Part shown: positions 45,032 to 55,693 of the stretch, one piece after another
Layout of the letters: each line of letters opens with the position of its first letter
How positions within the stretch are numbered: position 1 is the stretch's first letter
Assembly: GCA_965229825.1 (NCBI GenBank)
Contig: CBDDJQ010000010.1
Coordinates: 159,417 to 223,416, forward strand
DNA: 64,000 bases
Direction of reading: 5' to 3'
Origin: Vicinamibacterales bacterium
GTDB lineage: Bacteria; Acidobacteriota; Vicinamibacteria; Vicinamibacterales; UBA8438
The notes under the pieces: generated by a model
Told to the model about the DNA's origin: nothing
Database searches by the model: none
What the model saw: the letters and a program-made list of their open reading frames with translations, nothing else
Translations under genes and position numbers: made by a program

Positions 45032-45907
45032 TCAATCGTGGATGAGCGCCAGTTGCCCCGCCCGGATCCACCCGACCGCGCCGTCTTCGAGAACGACTTC
45101 CGCCCATTCGTCGGAACGGCGATCCACGACGACCTTCGTGCCGGCGTACGCGACGAAGATCTGCAGGGCGGGATCGTCCGACGGCGCGCTCTGCACCTCG
45201 ACCGCCTCGGCCATGACGATCGCCTCCTCGCCGGCGCCGAGTCCGAGCTCCTGGACGAGCAGGTTGATGCCGAAGACGAGGGTCATGGCCGAGGCGGTCA
45301 GCGCGGTGCGCCGCGCCCAGATCGCCGGGCGCGACGCCGGCCGGAGCACGACGAGGACGACGCCGGCGAGCGCCGTCACGTAGGCCAGGGCGACCAGCCA
45401 GATCAACGCGGCGCGCGGCAGCAGCCCGACCCACCAGTCGGCGGCGCGAAAGAGCCAGAACCGCGGCCGCGGGTCGATGTCGCCGGCGGTCATCGACCGG
45501 GCGAGGGCGAGGTTGGCGAGCAGATCGTCGTCGCCCGGCATCAGGCGCCGGGCGCGTTCGTAGTACAGGATGGCGGGGGCGAGTTCGCCCCGCTTGAAGT
45601 AGGTGTTCCCGAGGTTGTAGTAGAGCTCGCCGCTCTCGAGTCCTTCGTCGAGAATCCGCAGGTAGCGGCCGAGGGCGCCGTCGAAATCGCCGGCCTGATA
45701 GAGCCGGTTGCCCTCGTCGAAGAACGCGCTCTGGGCCCCCGCTGGCGCCGCCGCGAGCAGGGCCAGGCAGAGGCCGAGGGCCGCCGCGACGGGCGCCGGA
45801 TGCTGTTCGGTCAAGAGGTGACGTACCCCCCCCGCCGTGTAGTCCTGGGCCAGGTTGCCGCGAAGGACGTCGGCTGCTTCTCGGTCATGAGGTGGGCAAC
45901 GCCGCAT
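45032..45907 (-). CDS. batE: BatE-like protein (TPR repeats, transmembrane segments, C-terminal SH3b domain)
   Basis: The TPR region reads GNRLYQAGDFDGALGRYLRIL...YYNLGNTYFKRGELAPAILYYERA. The SH3-like C-terminus reads WAEVVLEDGAVGWIRAGQL. It is the last gene of the bat operon. Confidence 0.75.
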   Translation of the reverse strand: MRRCPPHDREAADVLRGNLAQDYTAGGVRHLLTEQHPAPVAAALGLCLALLAAAPAGAQSAFFDEGNRLYQAGDFDGALGRYLRILDEGLESGELYYNLGNTYFKRGELAPAILYYERARRLMPGDDDLLANLALARSMTAGDIDPRPRFWLFRAADWWVGLLPRAALIWLVALAYVTALAGVVLVVLRPASRPAIWARRTALTASAMTLVFGINLLVQELGLGAGEEAIVMAEAVEVQSAPSDDPALQIFVAYAGTKVVVDRRSDEWAEVVLEDGAVGWIRAGQLALIHD

Positions 45908-47717
45908 CGAGCCCGGTCATCGCCCGTCCCGCCTCCGCGAGCATCGCGAGCATCGCCGCGGCATCCGGTTCGGTGGGGGCGAAGCGCTGGCGGTCGCAGC
46001 GTTCAAGACAGTCCAGACAGGCGTCGACGACCGCCGCCTCCACGCCGCGGGCGGCGAGGGCGGCGCGGATGTCGTCGTGGATCAGGCCGGCCTCGGCGAC
46101 GTTCAGCTTGTCGCCGAGAAACCCCTGCATGGCGCGGCCCACCTCGGCGTGGAACTCCCGATGCCGGTCCGGCGAGCACAGTGACTCGGCGAGTGCGAGT
46201 CGGCGCCGGGCGACCCGGGATGCGCGCCGGCTGCGCGCGTAGGCGACGTCTCCCGCGAGCCGGTCCTGGTGACGGCGCACCGCGACGGCGCCGGCGAGCG
46301 CGAGCAGGGGCAGCACCACGACCGTCCAGAAGCCGGCGGTGCGGAAGAGCGAGCGTCCGATGACCCGGAAGGACGGGGGCGCGATGCGGATGAAGCGGAT
46401 GTCCTGGCGCTGGAGGTCCGCTCCGGTGCGGGCGCGCCCGCCGGGGAGAACGGGGGCGGGGCCCGGATTTCCGGCGACGGTCAGGGTGATTGGGTCGGAG
46501 GACGCCACCGCGTAGGCGTCGCGGTCGACGTCGAAGTACGCGAGCTCGACCGGGGGAATCGTCATCCGGCCCGGCTCGCGCGGCACGACCACGTACTCGT
46601 AGACCCGGCTGCCGCGGACGCCGTCCACGGTCGGCTCCACCTGCTCGCGCATCTCCGGGGGATAGACCTCGAAGGCCGCCGGCAGGTTCAGGCTCGGCTC
46701 GGGCAGGGTCCGGATGTTGCCGGTGCCGGCGATGTCGAGACGCAGCGTCAGGGCGTCGTTGGTGTCCGCGGCGGTGCGGTCCACGGAGGCCGAGACCGCG
46801 AGCGACCCGACGAACCCGGAGAACGATTCGGGGGCGCCGGGCGGCGCCCGACGCACCTCGAGGTCGAGGGCGTTCGACGCGACCGAGACCGGCATCCGGC
46901 GCCCGAACAGGCTGTCGCCGAAGAATCCGCCGAACGGGTCGCCGAACGGATCGCGCCCGCGGCGGGACCGCCGCTGCACGCGCACCTGCGCCTCGAGCAC
47001 CAGCGGCTCGAGCCGCTTCGACCCGGCGCTGGTCGGAAACAGGGCGACGCGCCGGATGACGCTGCTGGCGTACTGCACGCCGTCGCGGACGACCTGTTCC
47101 GCCCGCCGCTGCGGGGTGGCCAGCTCCTCGACCCAGAAGCCGGCCGTGCCCGGCTGCCGGACGATACTGACGCCGTCGATGTCGACCCGGGTGTAGATGC
47201 GGTACTCCACGACGACCGGCTGGTTGACGTAGACCTGCGCCTCGCTCGGGGTGGCGGTGACGAACAGGTCGTCGGGGCCGATGCCGCCGTCGGCGCCCGC
47301 ACGGCCGCCCCCGCCGCCCCGCCCGCCCCCGCCGGCCGCGGGCGCGCCGGAGACCTCGATGGTCAAGGGGTCCGTGCGCAGGCTCTGTCCGCCGACCGTC
47401 ACCGTCACCGGACCGATCTCGAATCGGCCCTCCTGCGTCGCCTGAAACCGGTACTGGATCGTGAACGTGGTCGACATCCGGCCGTTGACGATTTGCATCG
47501 ACGTCGACGTGCCCGAACCGAGGTAGGCGGCGAACGCCGACAGGTCGGGCAGGGCGGGGTCCGCATCCCGGTCGCCGGAGATCTCCACGTTCAGGACGAA
47601 CTGGCCGTTGAGCGGCACCGGGTTCTGACTGAGGAAGGCCCGCGCCGACTGGGCCAGGCCGGCGGCCGGCAGGGCCAGCGCCAGCACCGCCGCCGCGAGG
47701 CACCGTCGAGGGTTCAC
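45885..47717 (-). CDS. batD: BatD-like oxygen-tolerance protein
   Basis: It is a 610-aa secreted protein with a C-terminal transmembrane segment, sitting at the BatD position of the operon. Confidence 0.7.
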   Translation of the reverse strand: MNPRRCLAAAVLALALPAAGLAQSARAFLSQNPVPLNGQFVLNVEISGDRDADPALPDLSAFAAYLGSGTSTSMQIVNGRMSTTFTIQYRFQATQEGRFEIGPVTVTVGGQSLRTDPLTIEVSGAPAAGGGGRGGGGGRAGADGGIGPDDLFVTATPSEAQVYVNQPVVVEYRIYTRVDIDGVSIVRQPGTAGFWVEELATPQRRAEQVVRDGVQYASSVIRRVALFPTSAGSKRLEPLVLEAQVRVQRRSRRGRDPFGDPFGGFFGDSLFGRRMPVSVASNALDLEVRRAPPGAPESFSGFVGSLAVSASVDRTAADTNDALTLRLDIAGTGNIRTLPEPSLNLPAAFEVYPPEMREQVEPTVDGVRGSRVYEYVVVPREPGRMTIPPVELAYFDVDRDAYAVASSDPITLTVAGNPGPAPVLPGGRARTGADLQRQDIRFIRIAPPSFRVIGRSLFRTAGFWTVVVLPLLALAGAVAVRRHQDRLAGDVAYARSRRASRVARRRLALAESLCSPDRHREFHAEVGRAMQGFLGDKLNVAEAGLIHDDIRAALAARGVEAAVVDACLDCLERCDRQRFAPTEPDAAAMLAMLAEAGRAMTGLDAALPTS

Positions 47718-48586
47718 CAGGGCCTCCGCGGCGGCCGGGCCGGCGCGGTGGTCCGCCGGCGGCGCTGAATCTGGTCGGGGTCTTCGTTGATCGCTTCGAG
47801 CAGGCGCTCCGCGTCCTCCCGGCTCAGCTTGCCGGGCTCCGGCTGCGGTTCGGCCGGCGCTTCATCCGACGGCTCCCCGGATGGATCCGCTTCGGACGGG
47901 TCCGGTTCCGGCTGCTCTTGCGGCTGCTCCGACTGCTCCTGCTGGTTCTGTTCCTGCTCGTTCTGTTCCTGCTCCTGCTGGTTCTGTTCCTGCTGATTCT
48001 GTTCCTGGTCCTGCTGCTCCTGCTCGTCGGGCGGCTGCTCCTGCGGTTCGGACCGGTCGTTCTGTTCCTCGCTCTCGTCGTCGTTCGGGTCCTGCGGCTG
48101 GTCCGAGGGTTGTTGCTGCGGTTGCTGCTGCTCCTGGAGCTGCTCGAGGGCCAGCTCCAGGTTGTGCTTCGCGTCGGCGTCGGCGGGGTTGCGGCGCAGC
48201 GCCTGCTTGTAGGCCTCGAGGGCCGGTTCGAGCTGCTGCTGGCGGTACAAGGTGTTGCCGAGGTTGTACCAGGCTTGCGCCTCGACGGCGGGATCGCCGC
48301 TCTCGGCCGCCTGCCTGTAGGCTTCCATCGCGCGCTGGAACTCGTCGGTTCGGTACAACGCGTTCCCGTTGTTGAACGGGACGACCGATGAATCGGGGGC
48401 CGCCCGCAGGGCTTCCAGATACTGTTCGTGGGCTTCGTCGAACCGGCCCTCCGCGTAGAGCCGGTTGCCCGCCTCCACCGCGCTCCGGCCCGGTTGCGCG
48501 GCGGCGAGGGCCGGCAGCAGAAGACCGGCCAGACAGACAAGCCCGGCCGCCGCTTGACGGCGTTTCACTGGAACCTCCCGGACCAT
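47714..48586 (-). CDS. batC: BatC-like TPR protein with a long Q/E/N/P-rich acidic low-complexity tail
   Basis: The TPR region reads GNRLYAEGRFDEAHEQYLEAL...WYNLGNTLYRQQQLEPALEAYKQALR. The tail is QEQQQPQQQPSDQ...QEQNQQEQNQQEQEQNEQEQ. Confidence 0.75.
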   Translation of the reverse strand: MVREVPVKRRQAAAGLVCLAGLLLPALAAAQPGRSAVEAGNRLYAEGRFDEAHEQYLEALRAAPDSSVVPFNNGNALYRTDEFQRAMEAYRQAAESGDPAVEAQAWYNLGNTLYRQQQLEPALEAYKQALRRNPADADAKHNLELALEQLQEQQQPQQQPSDQPQDPNDDESEEQNDRSEPQEQPPDEQEQQDQEQNQQEQNQQEQEQNEQEQNQQEQSEQPQEQPEPDPSEADPSGEPSDEAPAEPQPEPGKLSREDAERLLEAINEDPDQIQRRRRTTAPARPPRRPW

Positions 48587-49596
48587 CCGGCCCGCGCCCG
48601 CCGGCGGTCCGGTATCAGGACCTCGGCGACGAGCAACGCCAGCGCGAGACCGAGAAAGAGCTGATACTGCTCGTCGAACACCGTCACCTGCTCCGCTTCG
48701 AACTCCTGCCCTTCGCCCCCGGTCACCTCGGCCGCCAACGCCTCGAGCTCGCCCCCGGCCGTCGAGGCGCGGTAGTAGAGGCCGCCGGTGCGTTCGGCCA
48801 TCATCCGGAGGGTGGTCTCGTCGAGCTGCGTCGTCACGACCGTGCCGTCGTCGTCCCGCTTGAAGCCCCGGGCCCGGCCGGCCGCGTCGAACTCCGGAAT
48901 CGGGACCCCGTCGGTCGAGCCGATGCCGACGGTGTAGATGCGGACCCCCGCCTCGACCGCCCGGCCGAGCGCGTCCTCGACCTCGCCTTCGTGGTCCTCG
49001 CCGTCGGTGATCAGGACGAGGACCCGGTGGCGCCGCTCGGTGTCCGCGAACGCGTCGAGGGCCACCGCGACGGCCTGGCCGAGGTTGGTGCCCTGCACCG
49101 AGATCATGTCCAGATCCATCGCGTTCAGGAACAGGGTGGCGGCCCCGTAGTCGCTGGTCAGGGGGCTCTGCACGAACGCCTCGCCCGCGAACGCGACCAG
49201 CCCGACCCGGTCGCCCTCCAGCCGGCCGATCAGATCCGCGATGGCGAACTTGGCCTTGTCGAGCCGGTTCGGCGCCATGTCCTCGGCGATCATCGAGGCC
49301 GACAGGTCCAGCGCCACCACGATGTCCTGCCCCTCGCGCCGCACCGTCTCGACCCGGCTGCCGAACTGCGGTCTGGCGAGGGCCGTGACCAGCAGGGCCA
49401 CCGCGGCAAGAAGGGCCGCGTGCTTTGCCGCCCGGCCCCGCCGGTCCACGGTCGCCGTCAGTCGATCGAGGAGGTGCCGCTCGCCGACGAGGGCCAGCGC
49501 CCGCCGCGTGCGCGCGCGGGCCCACCACGCCAGCCCCGCGAGGGCCGGGACCAGCAGATAGGCGAGCAGCATGTCGGCCGCGGCGAACCTGAACAC
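48565..49596 (-). CDS. batB: BatB-like von Willebrand factor A (VWA) domain membrane protein
   Basis: The MIDAS motif is VVALDLSASM. Also present: VLITDGEDHEG and IYTVGIGS. The N-terminus has transmembrane segments. Confidence 0.85.
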   Translation of the reverse strand: MFRFAAADMLLAYLLVPALAGLAWWARARTRRALALVGERHLLDRLTATVDRRGRAAKHAALLAAVALLVTALARPQFGSRVETVRREGQDIVVALDLSASMIAEDMAPNRLDKAKFAIADLIGRLEGDRVGLVAFAGEAFVQSPLTSDYGAATLFLNAMDLDMISVQGTNLGQAVAVALDAFADTERRHRVLVLITDGEDHEGEVEDALGRAVEAGVRIYTVGIGSTDGVPIPEFDAAGRARGFKRDDDGTVVTTQLDETTLRMMAERTGGLYYRASTAGGELEALAAEVTGGEGQEFEAEQVTVFDEQYQLFLGLALALLVAEVLIPDRRRARAGWSGRFQ

Positions 49597-50591
49597 TACG
49601 GTATCTTCCTCAGTACGGTGCGGGCCAGCGCGATCTCGAGCAGCAGGAGCACCAGACCCGCCGCCAGAGGGACGTGGAACAGCTCGCCGTAGCGGGTGAA
49701 CTGCTCGACGTCGATCTCGGTCGTTTCCAGCGCATCGATCTCCGCGTAGATCTCCTCGAGGCTCGCCCGGTCCGTCGCGCGGAAATAGCGGCCGTCGGTC
49801 AGTTCCGCGGTCTCCTGCAGCGTCGGTTCGTCGACGTCGACCCGCATCTGCGCGTACCGGCGGCCGAAGAGGGGGTCGTCGACCGGTACCCGCGCCACCC
49901 CCTGGGTGCCGGCCCCGATGGCGTAGATCCGGATGTCGAGCGCCTCGGCCATCTGGGCCGCGGTGACCGGATCGATCTCGCCCCGGTTGTTCCGCCCGTC
50001 CGTCAGCAGCACGATCACCTTCGACTCGGCGGACGAGTCCTGCAGCCGCTTGACCGCGGTGGCCAGCCCCATGCCGATCGCGGTGCCGTCTTCGAGGATA
50101 CCGGTCTCGAGCTCGCCGAGCACGGTGGTCACGATGCCGTAGTCCAGGGTCAGCGGGACCTGCGTGAAGGCGTCGCCGGCGAATACCACCAGCCCGATCC
50201 GGTCGTTCTGCCGGCCGTTGACGAAGTCGGCGGCCACTGCCTTGGCCGCCTCGATCCGGTTCGGCTCCAGGTCTTCGGCCAGCATCGAGGTCGACAGATC
50301 GAGGGCGAGCACGATGTCGATGCCCTCGGTGGTGACGTTCTCGGCGGTGACCCCGGTCTGGGGCCGGGCGAACGCGACGATCAGGGCGGCGAGCCCGAGG
50401 CTGCGCAGGACGAAGAGGGCGTGGTGGTAGCGCCCGGTGCGCCGCCGGTCGGCGCGGGCGATCGAGGCCAGCGACGAGTAGCGCAGCGATCCGGTCCGGC
50501 TACGGCCGCGCACGACGTACCACCACGCGAGCAGCGGCACCCCGAGCAGCAGCAGGAGATACGCCGGATCGGCGAACCTGAGGAGGGTCAT
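49596..50591 (-). CDS. batA: BatA-like VWA domain membrane protein
   Basis: Motifs present: VLALDLSTSM, VLLTDGRNNRG, IYAIGAG. The start ATG overlaps the upstream stop (ATGA at 50588-50591). Confidence 0.85.
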   Translation of the reverse strand: MTLLRFADPAYLLLLLGVPLLAWWYVVRGRSRTGSLRYSSLASIARADRRRTGRYHHALFVLRSLGLAALIVAFARPQTGVTAENVTTEGIDIVLALDLSTSMLAEDLEPNRIEAAKAVAADFVNGRQNDRIGLVVFAGDAFTQVPLTLDYGIVTTVLGELETGILEDGTAIGMGLATAVKRLQDSSAESKVIVLLTDGRNNRGEIDPVTAAQMAEALDIRIYAIGAGTQGVARVPVDDPLFGRRYAQMRVDVDEPTLQETAELTDGRYFRATDRASLEEIYAEIDALETTEIDVEQFTRYGELFHVPLAAGLVLLLLEIALARTVLRKIP

Positions 50592-51571
50592 GTCGTCTGT
50601 TCCGCGGGGACCCCCGCCGGCTCGGCCGCTACCGGCTCGACGACGGTGGTGACGTCCACGACGCGGCGGGCGAGCGGAGCCAGCTCGCGGCACTCGGGGA
50701 GCGCGGGCCGGAGCTTCGCGAACTTCACGAGGTCGCATCGGTCGAGGAGGTGCCGGACGTCGGCGACGACCCCGCCGCCGGCATCGGTCCGGCGCAGGCC
50801 GTCGAGGACCTCGCCCGTGGTCATCTCCATCGCGTCGACGCCGAACCGGCCCTCGAGGTAGACCCGCAGGATGTCCGACAGCCGGATGTGGTAGGTCTTG
50901 ATCTCGCCGCGCTCCAGCAGTCCCGCCGCCTCGAGCGCCGCCAGCGCCTCGCGGGCGACGACGTGCGCGGGCCGGGGCGGGCGCGTCGGCACCGGCGCTT
51001 CCGGCCGGACCCGCCGCTGATAGCGCCGGTAGAAGAAGGCGGCGGCCGCCGCGAGGGCCAGCAGCGCCGCGAGCCACGGCAGCAGGGTGACGACCGCGAA
51101 CGGGATGGCCAGCGGCCCCTTGATGTCGCGGATGTCGCCGCCCTCGTCCCGCCCCACGCTCTCGATGGCGACCGGCACCGCCTCGGTCGCGAGGGCGGTG
51201 GCGCCGCCGCCCGCATCCACCACCTCCAGGTCGAGAGACGGAAAGGCCAGCTCGCCGAGCTCGAACGCGGCGACCCGCAGCTCGAGACGCGACTGCCGGC
51301 CCCCGTCCGTCGCCGCCGACTGCGTGACGGGCGGATCGAGGAGCTCGAACGGGGCGGCGTCGACGGGGTCGGGCCACCGCACCTCGGCGTCCGGGGCGTG
51401 GCGCACCGTCACGACGACGGTGATCGGGTCGCCCACCGCCGCCGTCGCGGCGGAGATGGCGATCTCGACGGCGGGCGCCACGGCCTGGCCGGCGGGCGCG
51501 GTCTCCTGGCCGGCAGTGGGCGTCGCCACGAGGAATGCCGTGAGCGCCGCCGCCAGTAATCGGGTTGTCAT
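50588..51571 (-). CDS. DUF4381-like membrane protein of the bat operon. The start could alternatively be 51661, through a duplicated junction.
   Basis: The signal peptide is MTTRLLAAALTAFLVATPTAGQ. A central transmembrane segment is followed by ...YHIRLSDILRVYLEGRFG...TTGEVL. Confidence 0.6.
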   Translation of the reverse strand: MTTRLLAAALTAFLVATPTAGQETAPAGQAVAPAVEIAISAATAAVGDPITVVVTVRHAPDAEVRWPDPVDAAPFELLDPPVTQSAATDGGRQSRLELRVAAFELGELAFPSLDLEVVDAGGGATALATEAVPVAIESVGRDEGGDIRDIKGPLAIPFAVVTLLPWLAALLALAAAAAFFYRRYQRRVRPEAPVPTRPPRPAHVVAREALAALEAAGLLERGEIKTYHIRLSDILRVYLEGRFGVDAMEMTTGEVLDGLRRTDAGGGVVADVRHLLDRCDLVKFAKLRPALPECRELAPLARRVVDVTTVVEPVAAEPAGVPAEQTT

Positions 51572-51657
51572 CGGAACAGTCTTGCGCGGCGCCGAAAGAC
51601 CCGCGGCCGCAGCCGCCGCGCGGACCGCCGTGAGCGCCGCCGCCAGTGCTTGGGTCG

Positions 51658-52532
51658 TCATCGGAACCGTTTCGCGCGTTGCCGGAAGAAACGCATGAGT
51701 CGGTCGGCGTAGGGACGGTCGGTGGTGATCTCCACGACGTCGACGCCGGTCCGCCGGAACTCCCGCTCGCGGGTCGCCCGGGTCTCGGCCACCTCGCGGT
51801 CGAACGCCCGGCGGAAAACCGGGTCGGATACGTTCACCGTGAGCCGGGCGCCGGTCTCGACATCCTCGAGATCGATATAGCCGACCGGCGGCAGCTCCTG
51901 CTCGCGGGGGTCGCTGATGCGTATGACGACGGTATCGTGCCGGCGGCCGGCCACCGCGAGCGCCCGCTGGTAGCCGCTGGCGAGAAAGTCGGAGACCACG
52001 AACGTGACCGCCCGGCGCCGGACGACGCGGGCCAGGTACTCGAGAGCCCCGCCGATGTCGGTGCCGCGCCCCGCCGGCTCGAAGTAGAGCAGTTCGCGGA
52101 GCACCCGCAGCACGTGGCGGCGTCCCTTCCGGGGCGGAACGAACTTCTCGATCCGGTCGCTGAAGATGATCAGGCCGACCTTGTCGTTGTTGGTGATGGC
52201 CGAGAACGCCAGCACCGCACAGATCTCGACCGCGACCTCGCCCTTCATACGGCCCGACGAGCCGAACTCGCCGGACGCGCTGGCGTCGACGACGAGCATC
52301 ACCGTCAACTCGCGCTCTTCGTCGAAGACCTTGACGAACGGGGCGCCGGTCCGCGCGGTCACGTTCCAGTCGATGTTGCGGATGTCGTCGCCGTAGTGAT
52401 ACTCGCGCACCTCGGCGAAGTTCATGCCGCGGCCCTTGAACACCGAGTGGTACTCGCCCGAGAAGACCTCGTTCACGAGACCCCGCGTCGCGATCTCGAC
52501 CCGGCGGACCTGCTTGAGGATCTCTCGGGGGA

Positions 52533-52536
<4 letters not shown>
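51658..52536 (-). CDS. DUF58-domain protein (VWA-like, MoxR partner)
   Basis: The sequence reads GEYHSVFKGRGMNFAEVREYHYGDDIRNIDWNVTAR...LVVDASASG. Confidence 0.9.
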
Positions 52537-53546
<1,010 letters not shown>

Positions 53547-53565
53547 TCAACCTTCTATTGTAAGG

Positions 53566-53633
53566 AACTGGCGCGCCGTTCCCTGCAAGAAACTGGCGCG
53601 CCGTCCCTTTAAAAAAACTGGCGCGCCGTCCCC
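53566..53633. promoter_or_regulatory. Three direct repeats AACTGGCGCGCCGTYCC(C) phased exactly 25 bp apart, immediately upstream of moxR
   Basis: The repeats start at 53566, 53591 and 53616. Each contains the palindrome GGCGCGCC. Confidence 0.6.
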
Positions 53634-53847
53634 AATCGTCGGGGCCGATCGGCCCCCGGTTCCCGCCGGGCCTTGCGTGGCCACGCCGGGCGCGCCGAGC
53701 GACGGCGCCCGCCCCGGAGGCGGCGCCGTGCCCGTTCGGCCCAGCTCGCCGCCAATCCGTCAGACGATCGCGGTGTGAAGATGGCCGGTGGGCGCGGGGA
53801 GCGATGTCCCGCCGCGTCGCCGCGGGCTCGGGGCGGCCGCCGCCGGA

Positions 53848-54309
53848 TCAGCGAACCGGAAAGAAGATGTCGGTGCGCCACTTCGACTGGTCCGGCTCGG
53901 CGCCGGGGTCGGTGACGTAGACCTCCCACGGGGCTCCCGCGGCCTCGAGGCCCTGCGACTTCACCCACTCCGTCAGCGCCGCCCACGTCTGCCCAAGGTC
54001 GTCGTACGGACCCATGTGGGTGACGGTCGCGGCGGTCCCGCAGGGAAGCTCGCCGGCCCGGATGCGGTCCGTGCCTTCCATCGGCGAGGCGACGGGCATT
54101 CCGCACTCGATCTCGACGGTGCCGCCGTCCATCCCGTGGTAGATCGCGAAGGGCATGCCGGCCGGCGCCTGTCCGCTCTGTTGTATGTACGCGTACACCT
54201 CTCCGAAGAGCGGCCCCATGACCTCCCCGATCTTGTCCATGGTGATCGTCGTTCGGATGCCCACGATGGGCTGTGCGTCGATCTGTCTCGTCGCGAATTG
54301 CGGCGCCAT
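53848..54309 (-). CDS. GyrI-like (AraC effector-binding/SOUL-like) small-molecule-binding domain protein
   Basis: The sequence reads ...IVGIRTTITMDKIGEVMGPLFGEVYAYI...PFAIYHGMD...VEIECGMPV...THMGPYDDLGQTW..L..W. Confidence 0.7.
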   Translation of the reverse strand: MAPQFATRQIDAQPIVGIRTTITMDKIGEVMGPLFGEVYAYIQQSGQAPAGMPFAIYHGMDGGTVEIECGMPVASPMEGTDRIRAGELPCGTAATVTHMGPYDDLGQTWAALTEWVKSQGLEAAGAPWEVYVTDPGAEPDQSKWRTDIFFPVR

Positions 54310-54429
54310 CCGTCGTTCCTTCCGAATCTCTCGTCCCGCCGCGGGCTCGAGCGCCTCCCGCTTCCGCGGGCGTGCCCGCACCCCCGCGCCCGGTCCAGGC
54401 CCGCTGGGTCGTGCGACCGGGCCTTCACT

Positions 54430-55158
54430 CTACTCGGACACGAAGCTCTCGAGCACCCGCCAGAGCCGTGTCACCGCATCGGGCAGCGCCGACTCGATTC
54501 TGTCCTCCAGCACGATCTGCCTCGAGTCGAGCCGCTCTCCGTAGAACCGCTCGTTCGCATCGCGATCCGCCCGCATTGTCGCGCCGCCCAGCGACACCCC
54601 CGCGAATGCGCCGCGGGTTCGAGAATAGCTGAGAATCCCCGCCGTCATCTGCAGATCGGTCGACGCTTCGACGCTACGGCCGACCGGCCCCACCACCGCA
54701 GAAGCGTCTCCGCCCAGCTTGAACTGGTTGCCGAGCAGGCGAATCAGGCCCCGCTGGTTCTGGATCAGCAGAACCACGTCGGCCGACTGCGCGCCGACCT
54801 GCAGGCCGACGCTGGCGCCGGTCAGCGTCATGAAGGCGGGCGGCGACCAGTAGCCGGTGTCCGGGTCCTTCGCGGTGATGAACCCCCGCCCGCGCTGCGC
54901 TCCGAAGAAGAATCCCGCCTTGATGGTCGAGGGGAAGACCGCAATCGCGACAGCCCGCTCGAGAATCGCCTCGGGGATGGCGGAGTCGGGAGCGCCCATG
55001 ATCTCTTCGAGGACGAAGGTCCCCTCGTGGAGGCGCGCCGCCTCGTCGTCGGCGCCGGCGACCGCCGGCGTCCAGAGCAGAGCCAGACCGGCGATCGCGA
55101 TCACGGTTCTTGCAAGCCCGGCAACGCCGGCCGTCAACGCACTGTGGCAATTCGGCAT
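54430..55158 (-). CDS. SYLF (DUF500/Ysc84-like) lipid-binding domain protein, secreted
   Basis: The sequence reads AIAVFPSTIKAGFFFGAQRGRGFI...LTGASVGLQVGAQSADVVLLI...FKLGGDASAVVGPVGR...SYSRTRGAFAGVSLGG. Confidence 0.8.
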   Translation of the reverse strand: MPNCHSALTAGVAGLARTVIAIAGLALLWTPAVAGADDEAARLHEGTFVLEEIMGAPDSAIPEAILERAVAIAVFPSTIKAGFFFGAQRGRGFITAKDPDTGYWSPPAFMTLTGASVGLQVGAQSADVVLLIQNQRGLIRLLGNQFKLGGDASAVVGPVGRSVEASTDLQMTAGILSYSRTRGAFAGVSLGGATMRADRDANERFYGERLDSRQIVLEDRIESALPDAVTRLWRVLESFVSE

Positions 55159-55285
55159 GTCTCTACCAGTCCAGTCTCGTCATCACGCATCCGGACTCTT
55201 CGAATACCGGACCGCGCCCATACCGAGAGTATCGGCGCAGGCGACCCGCACCTGCATTGCGTTCGCGCGAAAAGCACCCGCCGAA

Positions 55286-55690
55286 TCACGATCCTGGCTG
55301 CCTGCGGTACGCTGGTTCGATGCCCGTCAACATGGGGTAGTGTCTGACGTTGAGGGTCTTCAGGGCCGCGTTCTCCACGGTCGCGGTCGCCGCGATGATG
55401 GCGTCAGCCAGACCGACGCCATGCGACCTGCCGTAGTCGCGCTTGTACAGCCCTCCGAGCCGGGCGACGTCGCGGCTGACGGGAACGACGCGGAACAGCC
55501 CCAGGAGGTTTTCCAGGACGACCCGGTCGGCGCCATCGGGGCCGCCTCTCGCTCCGGCGTAGAGCTCGGCGACGACGATGGAGGACACCATGATGTCCTC
55601 CGAGTTGGCGGTGACGAAGGTCGTTGCCTCGTCATACCCGCGCAGGAAATCGATCAAAACGTCGGTGTCGACCAGGATCGGTCGCGGCAT
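55286..55690 (-). CDS. vapC: PIN-domain toxin VapC
   Basis: The sequence reads ILVDTDVLIDFLRG...SSIVVAELYAG...LADAIIAATA...LNVRHY. Confidence 0.9.
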   Translation of the reverse strand: MPRPILVDTDVLIDFLRGYDEATTFVTANSEDIMVSSIVVAELYAGARGGPDGADRVVLENLLGLFRVVPVSRDVARLGGLYKRDYGRSHGVGLADAIIAATATVENAALKTLNVRHYPMLTGIEPAYRRQPGS

Positions 55691-55693
55691 GGT

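Noticed and set aside
47821-48136. Tandem nucleotide repeats (ctgctcctgctggttctgttc...) as a possible non-coding array
   Set aside because: They are the coding sequence (minus strand) of the Q/E/N-rich low-complexity tail of BatC. It is a compositional feature rather than a separate element.
53566-53633. Possible mini-CRISPR array
   Set aside because: There are only three 17-18-nt repeats with 7-8-nt spacers. This is far too short for CRISPR spacers, and no cas genes are present. It is interpreted as a regulatory repeat.
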